From positions 1,240,001-1,304,000 of the forward strand of contig LSRY02000014.1 in NCBI GenBank assembly GCA_001643675.2: 64,000 nt of DNA, read 5' to 3'. The translations under genes were made by a program, and so were the position numbers. The DNA comes from Monocercomonoides exilis PA203. Its lineage: Eukaryota; Protista; Preaxostyla. The notes beneath the pieces were generated by a model. It saw only the letters and a list, made by a program, of their open reading frames with translations, was not told the DNA's origin and made no database searches. This document shows positions 1-10,498 of the stretch, piece by piece; the first letter of the stretch is position 1; each line of letters starts with the position of its first letter.

Positions 1-3000
1 CTGCTTCCTGGCCTTAGAGGAGAACAATAAGGTGACGATCCACTGCTGCTTGTGGAAGGGCGACTGGAATGGAGTGGAGGAAGGCGCATGGACGAAGAAG
101 GAGATGAGATTATGGATCCTCTCTTGTTCGGAGGAGTCGCTGTGGAAGAGTCCTGTGACGCCTGTTCGGAAATCTTTTCGTATTCCTTTTGAGAAGTTGA
201 TTGAGAAGATTTATTAAATGTTGTTTGCTCACTGCCTTTACCAGTTTTTATTTGAGAATCAGAAGGAAAACCTGAAGATTCAATGTTTGCTCTTTCATTC
301 TCTGCCTCATTCACTTTTGTATCACTATTTTCTCCAATCTTATCTGTTTCTTTATTCTTTTCCTCATTCTCTACTTTCTCCTCCTTTTTCTTCGCCTCCA
401 TCTCTTCCATCTCCCTCTCCCTCTGCTCTCTCTCCGCTCTGTTCTTCATAATCCTCTGCAGTTTCTCTGCCCTCAGCCTCTTCTCTTCCTCCTCATACTG
501 CGCTGTCTCCTGCGCCACTCGTGCTGACAGATAGCTCCACCGCCGGCTGATCGTGTTCAGCAGCCAGTCGATCCCTCTCTCCAGCCCTTCGTCTGACTTC
601 TTCACACTGAAACTGTACATCGCATTGCTGTCTGGTTGTTGTTGTTGTTGTTGTTGTTGCAGTAAGTTTGAAGAAGAAGAAGAAGAAGAGGAGGAGGAGG
701 AGAAGGAAGATTGAGATGAGGATGAGGATGATGAGGCGGACGAGGAGGAAGGGGAAAATGAAGACGAGGATGAAGAATAAGATGTAGTCAGCAACGGCGA
801 CGGTACAATATCTGATTTTGTGCTTGTATTTGAATGGGGGTTGGATATAAATGATACAGAACACTGTGCAGAAAGCGGAGAAACGGAGCCTTCGACGACA
901 GGCGTGGGTGATTCAACAGGAACATTCGCTGGCGTCACAGAAGAAGGAACAGCAGACGAAGGGCATTCGTCTGAAGAAGGGTGGATCTTCTGTGTTGTCT
1001 GGCGTATTCCCTTTCTCCTTCGGTGGCTGCTTTGTTGATGTGAAATGCCCTTCAAGTTGTCAGAAGAAAGCGACAAAGAAGAGGAAGAACGAGAATGCCC
1101 TGCCGATGTCTCTGACGACGATGAGTCGTCTGCCTCGCTTTCTGACTCCATTTCCGTCTCCACTCCATTCGAAGCACCTTTCTCAGCCAAAACCTCAAAC
1201 CCGCCTTGAACAAACGCACCCTTTGCTGAAAAGCTGAGTGCCATGTCGTTTTCGCCTGTGCCGTGTGGGACAGGGGTGTTGGCAGAGGAGAACTCGCTTG
1301 CGACATACGGAAGAGGCGAGCTGGAAAACTGCTTGGGGTCTTCTCGGCACTCGGGATATGAGTGAGTATGCGAGGGAACAACAGATAGAGAAGATTGGGA
1401 ATTGGCATGTGAAGATGATGAGGATGATGAGGATGATGAAGCAGGAACAGCAGAAGCAGCAGCTGACGGTGTGAATGCAGCAGAGTCAATGGAGAAGTGC
1501 ATCAGCGCAGACACAGGCACAGTCGACGACGAAAGCGCGCCAGACGATCCGTATTCGCTGCGTGCACCGATGTCTGGTGATGTGATGGTGTAGTCAGGGC
1601 AGAACAGATGCGGGGTTGTTGGGCACGGCACGTTCATCCCGCGCGGCTGTGGCTCCTGCAGCGGGAGGGAGAGCGAAGCAGAGCTGTGTGTTGAAGCGTT
1701 GCCTGTGGATGCAGTGAGGGCTGTTGAGGGAACAGGAGACGAGGCGTCTGTGGGGGAGACGGTGCGGGTGGACGGCTGGAAGGCGGAGTCTGGGCGATGT
1801 GAGAAGGTGACGGCCAAATGGCTGCGTGATGGGGAAGAGAATTGCTCTGCAGGCGGTTGTGATGGATGCTCTGAAGTGTGGGAAGAAGAAAGGGAGGAGA
1901 AGGAAGAAGAGGAAGAAGAAGAGGAAGAAGAAGAGGAAGAAGATGATGATGAATGAAGTGTGGTTGTTATTGATGATGATGACGACGACGACGACGAAGA
2001 AGAAGAAGAAAAAGCTTCAGAAAGAGGAGAAGCTGCTGATGAAGAGTCGTATTCCTGAAGTGACAGAGGTGTTGTGTTTGTTCGAGATGAAGCGAAATGA
2101 TTCGGAGTCACAAACAGATCCACAGAAGACACATTCCCCAGCTCAGCCTCGTTGTCTTGCCGGTTCCGAGGCATAATGGGCGTGTGGTAATCAATCTCTT
2201 CCAAGGACCTTTCGCGCACCACATTTTCTGGCGTTGCTGAAATCGTTTTGTGGGCCAGCTTCCTTGATTTCCGGCGGTGTGGCCGACGATGCACTTCGCT
2301 GTATGGGCGGACTGGAGTTTGAGGTGGCTGTTCAACCTCAGTTTTTTGTTGAGAAATAGCTGGCGTCTTTTCTCCATTTGCAATAGGTACCATCTCATCT
2401 TCAATTTCGTCTTCTTCGTCCATAAATTCTCTTGTGGCAGATTTTATTGAGCCAACATGAACGGGATCTGTAATTCCAATTGCTATCGTTGGAGCAACAT
2501 AAAAAATGTCTTTCATTTGCATTACAGTGTTTAAGTTGAGGATAGTGGAAACTTCTTCGCACGACTTGGCACCAACTATGTCTTGTTTGTTTGCACATCT
2601 GATTTTTGAATAAATAAATCAATATAAGAAAAAATAAATCATACACAAGCACAGGCTTTCCTTTTAAAAAGGGTGTTGAAAGATTTTTTGTAAAAATATC
2701 TCTCACTTCATCCATTCTTCCAATGTCTGTGCTATCAACAACAAAAATAACTCCATGAACCTGAAAATGATTTTAATTTGAAATAAATGATCATGAAAAT
2801 AAAAATATTTGAATTTTCCCCAGCACAACGAATCAAAACCTCCGCATAGTATTTGTTCCATATTCCTCGAATTGTTCTGCCTCCTCCAACATCGTAGAAT
2901 GTGATGTCTGCATTGCCTCTTTGAAGCTGAAGCCTGTTAAATCCAAATGTTGGAACTGTCTCTCGAAAAGCTATTTACCAAATGATTAATTATATATACA

Positions 3001-3160
3001 TGTTCAAAATTGAAAAAGAGAAATAAATAGACATACTTCCCATGAGAGACGTTAAAATCGAAGATTTCCCTGCATTATCGATTCCAAGAAGTATTATGCA
3101 TATGTTTTTCCTGTTTTTGAGCTTAACATAATTGTATAGATTTGATAACAGTCCAAACAT
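1..3160 (-). CDS. ARL13B: ARL13B-like ciliary Arf-like GTPase; 4 exons visible (3160-3037, 2970-2840, 2760-~2645, 2598-<1), 3' end runs off the window
   Basis: Manual spliced translation: MFGLLSNLYNYVKLKNRKNICIILLGIDNAGKSS (G1), TVPTFGF, FYDVGGGRTIRGIWNKYYAE (G3 with Gly replacing the catalytic Gln, typical of ARL13B), VHGVIFVVDS, GKPVLVCANKQD (G4). At ~620-440 the same frame reads GLERGIDWLLNTISRRWSYLSARVAQETAQYEEEEKRLRAEK (alpha5 plus coiled coil). Introns are GT-AG. Confidence 0.88.
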
Positions 3161-3784
3161 ATTTCGATTATTTACCCTTAATTAAATTATTTTCTCGCAC
3201 AAACTTCAATTTTTGAACTTTATTCATGTATTTGTTGGTGTGTATTTTATTTCGCAACGAATGGGAGAGGAGACATTGATGCGAACGCAATACAAAGCGA
3301 TTTTCAATGAATAATGTTGTTTTTCAATAAACGATTGAAAGAAATATTTGTCGGTAATATAGGTTTCTTTTTCGAAAAAAGATCATTATGTGCTATGCTT
3401 TTCATGAGGAAGTCATTGTATAAAGAATCCCAATTGGTATCGTTTAAACGTAATTCAAACCAATATCAACCAAATCTCAGCCTTATTAAATAAATATATG
3501 GATTCAATTCCAATCTGTAGGTGATAACAGAATTCAATATTTTCAATTCTACCATAGTCTAGGAATCTCTCGATTTTTGATTTGTGAATGATTGTTTAAA
3601 AAAGCTGCTTTGTGAATACTAAGCTTATGTTTTATAATTTTTTATCAACTCCAAATCAAAAAAAATCAGAATATATAAAAATAAAGTTAAGCAATGAATA
3701 CTAACACCGAATTACAATAAAACAATATCGACAACAGAAAACAAAAATATTTGTAAGTTGTAAATGCATATTCTACGAACAATT

Positions 3785-4567
3785 CTATATGCATGTCCAG
3801 CCACCGTCGATTGTTAAGAGTTGCCCGGTTGTATAAGTTGATGCATCGGATGCGAAATAAATTAAAGCACCATCAAGTTCTCCATCACGTCCGGCTCTTT
3901 TCATGGGCACTCTGCTTTCAATAAATTTTTGAAATGCATCCACTTCAAGAGCATCTTTTGTCATTTCTGAGGGGAAATAAGCAGGGCCAATTGCATTTAC
4001 TGTTATGTTATATTGTGCCCATTCTGCAGCAAGAGCTCTTGTCATCAAATGAACTCCTCCTTTTGATGTAACATAAGCAGAAATATGTTCGACTTGTGCA
4101 GATATTGCAACTGAACTATGAATAGAACCAATGTTAATAATTTTTCCATATTTCTGTTCAATCATGTATTTTGATACTGCTCTAGCAACATAAAATACTC
4201 CATTCAAATTAGCATCGATCACAGCTTTCCAATCTTCAGTTTTTGTTGATTCTGCAGGAACATCTCTTGCAACTCCAGCATTATTCACAAGAATATCAAT
4301 GCGACCAAATGCATCGTGAGCCTGCTTCACTGCTGCGTCCACTTGCTCTGGAACAGTTACATCACATTGAATGGCAATTGCACGTCCACCCATTTTTTCG
4401 AGATCTTCCACCACTTTGTCCAATCTATCTTTTCTACGAGCAAAAAGTGCAACAGCTGCTCCTTGTCTGACCAACGCATGAGCAAATTGGACTCCTAGTC
4501 CGGATGATGCACCAGTTACTATTGCAAATTTGCCTTTCAGATCGAAAAGAGATTTATTCTCTGACAT
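3785..4567 (-). CDS. Classical short-chain dehydrogenase/reductase (gluconate 5-dehydrogenase/FabG-like), intronless
   Basis: TGASSGLG (TGxxxGxG), NNAG, catalytic S...YVTSK (YxxxK), NAIGPAYF, C-terminal TGQLLTIDGGW; 260 aa. Confidence 0.92.
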   Translation of the reverse strand: MSENKSLFDLKGKFAIVTGASSGLGVQFAHALVRQGAAVALFARRKDRLDKVVEDLEKMGGRAIAIQCDVTVPEQVDAAVKQAHDAFGRIDILVNNAGVARDVPAESTKTEDWKAVIDANLNGVFYVARAVSKYMIEQKYGKIINIGSIHSSVAISAQVEHISAYVTSKGGVHLMTRALAAEWAQYNITVNAIGPAYFPSEMTKDALEVDAFQKFIESRVPMKRAGRDGELDGALIYFASDASTYTTGQLLTIDGGWTCI

Positions 4568-5576
4568 GATAACTTATGATCTAATATTGTAATTTATTTT
4601 TTCTTCAAAAAAGATTATGTTTTTATTTATTTTTTCAAGTTCTGCATTAAAAACAAGTGTTGTGTAAATGTAATCATTATAAAAAGTAAATTCATTTTAC
4701 TGGTAATGTTAGAGGAAAATGAAAATAAAAATGATTATTTTTCAAAAGTAGATTTTTCAAACTCAATCTCTAGGAAAAAAAAAAAAAAATAAAACAAAAT
4801 AAATAAATGAATAAATGAATAAAAAAAATAAATACTCAATTCCAAAAGTGTATGATTTCAATTATTTTTTCACAATCAAAAATTCGTTGAAACAGGATCA
4901 AATTCGAAGATCCTGATTTGAAAGAAACACTGTTAAAAGAAAAAAATACACGTTTCATTTATTTCAGAAAGCGACAATACGTTGAATAATCAAATATTTT
5001 TTTTCCATATTTCTAAATACATATTGAAAAGTCAACATTTTCCAAAAAGAGTTTCTTTTTTTTCATTTTTTTATCCAAATACCACATTCAACTATTCATT
5101 TCAGTTTGATTCTTTTCTGAGTTATTCAATAATCTTTCAGTAAAAATATCTATTTTAAACGAAATTCAAGATGAAAAAAGTTTGATTTAACATTTGAAAT
5201 GATGAAAGAATAAGGAGAAATATCGTTCCTCCAATAACCGCATTTTTCACTTTGAGTAACAAATGTACTTAACATTACAAATAAAAAGAGTCTTTTTTTT
5301 TTAAAATGCAAAAAATTTTCTATTTTACATACTTTAATGCATTTGAGATGAGATTCAAATGCACATCATTTGAAAATGTTCAAATGCAAAATAAAACAAA
5401 ATTAAAATTAAATTAGTAATAATCGATTAAATCCTCAATTATTTATTAGAATAAATCGAGATAAACACAAGATAAGAGGGTGAAAAAATTCAATTTTAAA
5501 TATGTGATTTTCCTTTTTCAACAGTTTTCATAGCTCGTAAGAACATTTCATTCATACTCAAATGAAACATTTTTAT

Positions 5577-8500
5577 TTACTTTTTATTTTTGCCACGTTT
5601 TGGCTTCGCCATTCTTTTTGCTTTTGGTTTTGGCTCTGCCGAAGCTGACATTTCAGAAGCATTTGAATCACTTTCTTTATCTTCCTTTTTCTCATCGTTT
5701 TTGCTTTGCTGGCTTCGAAGACTGGTTCGTCGAGTGTTTCCTTCAGCATCTGCATCCTCTGATTTATCTTCCAATTTTTGTTTGCTTGCATTTCCCTCAT
5801 CTTCACTGCTTTCACCATCGTCATCGTCTTTGATAGAAGGCTGGCGTTGCTGGCCTTTTTGCTTTTTCTGCTGACCACTTGCAGTCCGCTTACCTTTCTC
5901 GCTTTGTTGCTCCCCCTTTTTCGCACTTGATTTTCTTTCTTCTTTTTTCTCCTCCTCTTCTCCTTGCTCTTTTTCTTGCTCAGCTGAATTTGTCGATTCA
6001 AGGGAATCATCACTTTTCTCCACAGCCATCTTTTTTTTGTTTGTTCGTTCATGCTTCAGATTCCTTTGCTGAGGCTTTTGAGATTCTCCATTCTCATCTT
6101 TCCTATCCTTTTGATCTGGTGCTTCGGATACATTGTCTTTGGATGAACTGTCTAAGTTTTCTGCATCAGCATCATCATTTCCATTTTTTCCTTCAGTTTT
6201 GTTCTCCTCTTCATTTGCCTCGCCTTTGTTGTCATCCTGATAGAATAATATGGGCGTCAAATAACGCGAAGGCGGGGAAGAAGCGCCCGCTTCATTGTGA
6301 AAGCTTTCGTCTCTGTCTTTTTGTTCCAACGAAGCCATCTCTGATTCAGCTGCATGCTCAAGTGATGACCCAGACAGAGGTGATATGCTCCATCCAGAAC
6401 CGCTCGTGTTTGCTGGAGATGCTGCAGAAGCAGAGGAAGCAGACGAAGAAGAAGATGCTGAAGCAGCCGCTGGTGAATAAGAAGAAGGTTGTCCAGCTGC
6501 TGATTGTAATGATGGCTGAATGAATGGCGCTTGAGAGAAAAGCGGTGATCTTTCATAATGCTCTGGAAACTGTGTTTGAAGTGGAGATCCCGAAGGTAAT
6601 GAAGAAGAGCCAGGCGCAGCAGAATTTGCAGAAGCAGGAGAAGTTGGATGGAAAGAACCAGCCTGAAGGCCATTTGCAAGCTGTGCAAGTTGTGCAAGCG
6701 GAGAAGAAGCGTACTGAGAAGAAGCACCAGGAGGAGGTGCTGCGGGAGACTGGGGAGATGACTGCTGTTGATGCTGCTGTTGCTGTTGCTGAACAGGAAG
6801 CATCTGATTTGGCATGTGCATCATTGGAGGATAAGGCTGCTGAGGATAAGGTTGCTGTAACGGTTGTTGTTGTTGTTGCTGCTGCATTTGAGGCGGAAGA
6901 GGATGAGGATAAGCGCCATACGGTGGATGCTGGAGCTGATACGGTGGAACGCCATTGGGTGGCAGCGATCCAGGAGATGGCTGTGGATAAGGCGGCTGCA
7001 CCATTCTGCCAGCCTGTGGAGGAATCTGACGTTGTTGTTGTTGTTGCTGTGACTGTGCATGCTGCTGCTGTTGTTGAGGCGGAGGCATCTGAAGAGGATA
7101 AGTGGGAGGATAAGGAGGTCTCTGATATGGTTGATAGTATGGTGGATAGTTCGGAGGTCCCTGGAACTGATGTCCCATTGGTGGAGCCATCGGAGGTGCG
7201 GGGCCGCCAGCAGGAGGATATTGCTGATACATTGCATATTGCGGTGGCTGGTGTTGTTGTTGTTGCTGTTGTTGCTGTTGTTGTGGCTGTTGTTGAGATT
7301 GTTGAGGTTGCTGAGGCTGCTGTTGAGAGGAATACTGCATTGGCATGGCACCGTGTTGTGGAGGGTACAGTTTGTAGTACTGCTGATTTTGGTAGGATTG
7401 ATGTGCAGATTGTGGTTGGTTGCGGTACGATGCTTGCTGCTGTGATGAAGGGTATCCTTGTGATGGTGGATAAGGCGCATTGAAACCAGGAACAGAATTG
7501 GAGGAGGAGGAGGAGGAGGAAGCTGAAGAAGAAGAAGAAGACGATGATGATGATGGATAAGGAGCAGATGAACGAGAATAAGCATCACTTCTTTGAGACT
7601 GATATCTCGAGTCTAAACGTGAGCGAGAATTGGAGCGAGAGTTTCTCGATGAGGAAGAGGGGGAGCGAGAGTGCGATAGAGAACGCGAACGTGAACGCGA
7701 ACGTGACAGTGAAGCACTGGATCTTCGTGATCTTCTTGATCTTCCTGATCGAGAGCGTGAGCGGGAACGGGAACGAGAAGGAGAACGGGAGCCAGAGCGA
7801 GAGCCGTAGCGAGAGCCAGAATGATAGCGAGAACGAGAATGAAAGCGAGAGTCAGAGCGAGAGCGAGAACGAGAACCTGTTTGAGAACGGGAACGAGAGT
7901 GTGAATGAGAACGATAGCGAGAATTAGATCGAGACGGAGAACGCGAATTAGAACGAGACCGATTGTTATAGTGAGACTGAGAATGCGATTGAGAAGGACG
8001 ATATTTATCATTTTCATAAGCATTGCTAACCGAAGTGTTCTCTGAGGAAGTTGAAGAAGAAGAAGAAGAAGATGCTGCCATTTGCTGTTGCTGTTTCTGA
8101 GGCTGTTGAGAAGCATCACTAGAAAGTGTTCCGTCTTGTGTTATTTCAGATCCTCCATTTGCTCCTTGCAATTCGACCTTCTCTTCTTTCGAATTATCAG
8201 ACGTTCCATCTCCAACCTTTTCTTCAGCATCATCTTTCTGAACACCACTTTCATTTTCTGTGTATTCTTTCTGGTTGTTTGATGCATCTTCATTTGCTGT
8301 GGACTGATATTGCTGCTTTTCATTGGAATTAGAAGCATCTGAATGGGTGTGGGATGAATGGGAATAAGAGCGAGAATTAGAATGGGAGCCACGAGAAGGC
8401 GAGGCAGAATGTGCAGAACCCGAAGAAGAAGGCGAACGTGAGTGAGAATAAGAACGAGAACGAGAACCCGAATGTGAATGAGAAGTTCTTTCACGAGATT

Positions 8501-10199
8501 CCACTGAAGAAGCTCTCGATGAATGAGAAGGATGGCCATGCGACTGGCTTTGTCCACTGTGATGAGAGTATTGTGAGTGATGACGAGTATTTGATGAGGA
8601 ATACTGCGATGGCGAATGGGAATGGGAATGAGAATGTGAATGAGAATCAGATTGAGAACGAGAACGAGAACGAGAATTCGATGTTGAACGTGAATGAGAG
8701 TGAGAGTGAGAGCGCGAGTGTGAATGAGAAGGAGATTGTGACTGATCACTTGAACGATGATGTGAGCGGTCATATGAACGATAGCGATCTGAGTGTGACA
8801 TTGAGGATTGGCCATAGTGGCGACGAGAAGTTGGATACCTGGATGAACGATAAGAAGAGGTCTGTCTGTGAGATGGTGAATGAGAGCGGGAATGAGAACG
8901 ATGGGAAAAGTCAGGTGAAGACGAGGAAGAGGAAGAAGAAGAGTCAGAAGAACGAGATCGATGATAGGATCTGTGATGCCCGTCGCGATGGCGATAGCGA
9001 TGATAGGACGAGGATGATGAAGAAGGCGAACGAGAGGACGAACTGGAAGGCGAGCGAGAACGGTCAGAGCGGCGGGACTGATGGTTGTAGCTGCCTGCTT
9101 CACGGGAGCGATCGTAAGAGGAGCCTCCATTGCGAGAAGAGCTGTAGTAGTCAGAGCGATGGGACGGATATCTGCGATAGTCTGCCACTGAAGAATAGCG
9201 TGATGAAGAGCCGGAGGCAGACGAGCGGCCGGATTGAGATCTGGAATAGCCGAATGACGATGAATATGACTGAGAATACGGCTGCTGTCTGGATTGGTCA
9301 TTGCCACTGTATTTTGAGGAACTTTCAGAACTTCTCTTTTCGGGACGCATGTGGCGAGATGCTGCATCATACAAGTTAAGACGTTCAGACGCTCCCGATT
9401 TGCCATTTGTTTCGGATGATCCGGAACTTTTTTCAGTTGTCTGCTTTTTGGGATTTTGCGATTGTCCATCAGATGATTTTGATCCTTTTTGATCTTCTGA
9501 TGATGCTTGTGGGCTTGACTTTGAAGATTTTTCGTCATCAGCGTTGGTTAGCACTTTATTTTGAGACGCATCAGTCTTAAATTTATCGCTTTGTTGACTC
9601 TGTTGAGCTGTTGAGATTAAAGGTGATTTATTCCGTATTCTTCTTCTCGATTGATTGCCTTTACCGACAGCTGAATAATCAAAAAACGTGTTTCTATCTA
9701 ATGGAGAAGATAACAATTTTGCTGGGCTATTAGCCTGCTTTTCTTTTAGGAACTGCTTTTGCCTAGCATTCCATTCAGCTTCTCTCATTTCACGCGTCTT
9801 TCTCATCCTGGAAGATATTAAAGCTGATGAAAAATCCTTAGGATTATCCAAAAGAGGATCTCTGGCACCTGTCACAATTAACAGTTTCTTGGATGCAATG
9901 TCATTTTCAAATCCTTTCCCTTGAATTGCTTTCTTTTCTGGGTTTTGCAGTATTTGAGATGGTTTTGCTTGTTGCACAGCAGCATATGGTTGCTTTACTA
10001 ATTTATTTTGAAGGGATGGTTTGATTTGTTCAACTTTTTTTTGTTGTGCTGTCGAAGACTTTTGTTCTGATTGCTGAGATGCTGTCGAAGAAGTCTTTTG
10101 ATTCACAGATGTTAGCTTTATAACTCGTTTTGGAACTGGTTGTAGTGTGTTCGTCTTAATAAGTTTTATTGTTTTGCCTGGGTTATTTGAAGAGATCAT
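5577..10199 (-). CDS. 1540-aa low-complexity protein with RS/SH-dipeptide regions and a Q/P/Y-rich prion-like region; possibly an RNA-processing factor
   Basis: Uninterrupted 4.6-kb ORF flanked by AT-rich DNA; SRSRSRS and SHSHSH tracts, polyQ, PPYPQ repeats, basic C-terminus KPKRGKNKK. No recognisable folded domain. Confidence 0.75.
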   Translation of the reverse strand: MISSNNPGKTIKLIKTNTLQPVPKRVIKLTSVNQKTSSTASQQSEQKSSTAQQKKVEQIKPSLQNKLVKQPYAAVQQAKPSQILQNPEKKAIQGKGFENDIASKKLLIVTGARDPLLDNPKDFSSALISSRMRKTREMREAEWNARQKQFLKEKQANSPAKLLSSPLDRNTFFDYSAVGKGNQSRRRIRNKSPLISTAQQSQQSDKFKTDASQNKVLTNADDEKSSKSSPQASSEDQKGSKSSDGQSQNPKKQTTEKSSGSSETNGKSGASERLNLYDAASRHMRPEKRSSESSSKYSGNDQSRQQPYSQSYSSSFGYSRSQSGRSSASGSSSRYSSVADYRRYPSHRSDYYSSSRNGGSSYDRSREAGSYNHQSRRSDRSRSPSSSSSRSPSSSSSSYHRYRHRDGHHRSYHRSRSSDSSSSSSSSSPDFSHRSHSRSHSPSHRQTSSYRSSRYPTSRRHYGQSSMSHSDRYRSYDRSHHRSSDQSQSPSHSHSRSHSHSHSRSTSNSRSRSRSQSDSHSHSHSHSHSPSQYSSSNTRHHSQYSHHSGQSQSHGHPSHSSRASSVESRERTSHSHSGSRSRSYSHSRSPSSSGSAHSASPSRGSHSNSRSYSHSSHTHSDASNSNEKQQYQSTANEDASNNQKEYTENESGVQKDDAEEKVGDGTSDNSKEEKVELQGANGGSEITQDGTLSSDASQQPQKQQQQMAASSSSSSSTSSENTSVSNAYENDKYRPSQSHSQSHYNNRSRSNSRSPSRSNSRYRSHSHSRSRSQTGSRSRSRSDSRFHSRSRYHSGSRYGSRSGSRSPSRSRSRSRSRSGRSRRSRRSSASLSRSRSRSRSLSHSRSPSSSSRNSRSNSRSRLDSRYQSQRSDAYSRSSAPYPSSSSSSSSSSASSSSSSSNSVPGFNAPYPPSQGYPSSQQQASYRNQPQSAHQSYQNQQYYKLYPPQHGAMPMQYSSQQQPQQPQQSQQQPQQQQQQQQQQHQPPQYAMYQQYPPAGGPAPPMAPPMGHQFQGPPNYPPYYQPYQRPPYPPTYPLQMPPPQQQQQHAQSQQQQQQRQIPPQAGRMVQPPYPQPSPGSLPPNGVPPYQLQHPPYGAYPHPLPPQMQQQQQQQPLQQPYPQQPYPPMMHMPNQMLPVQQQQQQHQQQSSPQSPAAPPPGASSQYASSPLAQLAQLANGLQAGSFHPTSPASANSAAPGSSSLPSGSPLQTQFPEHYERSPLFSQAPFIQPSLQSAAGQPSSYSPAAASASSSSSASSASAASPANTSGSGWSISPLSGSSLEHAAESEMASLEQKDRDESFHNEAGASSPPSRYLTPILFYQDDNKGEANEEENKTEGKNGNDDADAENLDSSSKDNVSEAPDQKDRKDENGESQKPQQRNLKHERTNKKKMAVEKSDDSLESTNSAEQEKEQGEEEEKKEERKSSAKKGEQQSEKGKRTASGQQKKQKGQQRQPSIKDDDDGESSEDEGNASKQKLEDKSEDADAEGNTRRTSLRSQQSKNDEKKEDKESDSNASEMSASAEPKPKAKRMAKPKRGKNKK

Positions 10200-10498
10200 T
10201 TAACTTGAGTGAAGTGATCAAAAAGAAAATTGTTCAACAGCAAAAAACAGAAATACATCAAGAAAATTATCGACAACATATACATCAAACATAAAATTAA
10301 AAATAATTACGAATAGAAACAATTTATTTAATTGTTAACGAAAACACCTTAAAAAACGCCACCTCACAAGATAAAAGCCGCGACTATTGGGAAGAGATCA
10401 TAAAAACGACAAAAATAAATTTTTGCCAAAGAGCAGTTGAGTCTATAGCTACCATTCTTGCTAGCTCAGAAAGTACAAAGCAGGAAAAATGGAAGTTA

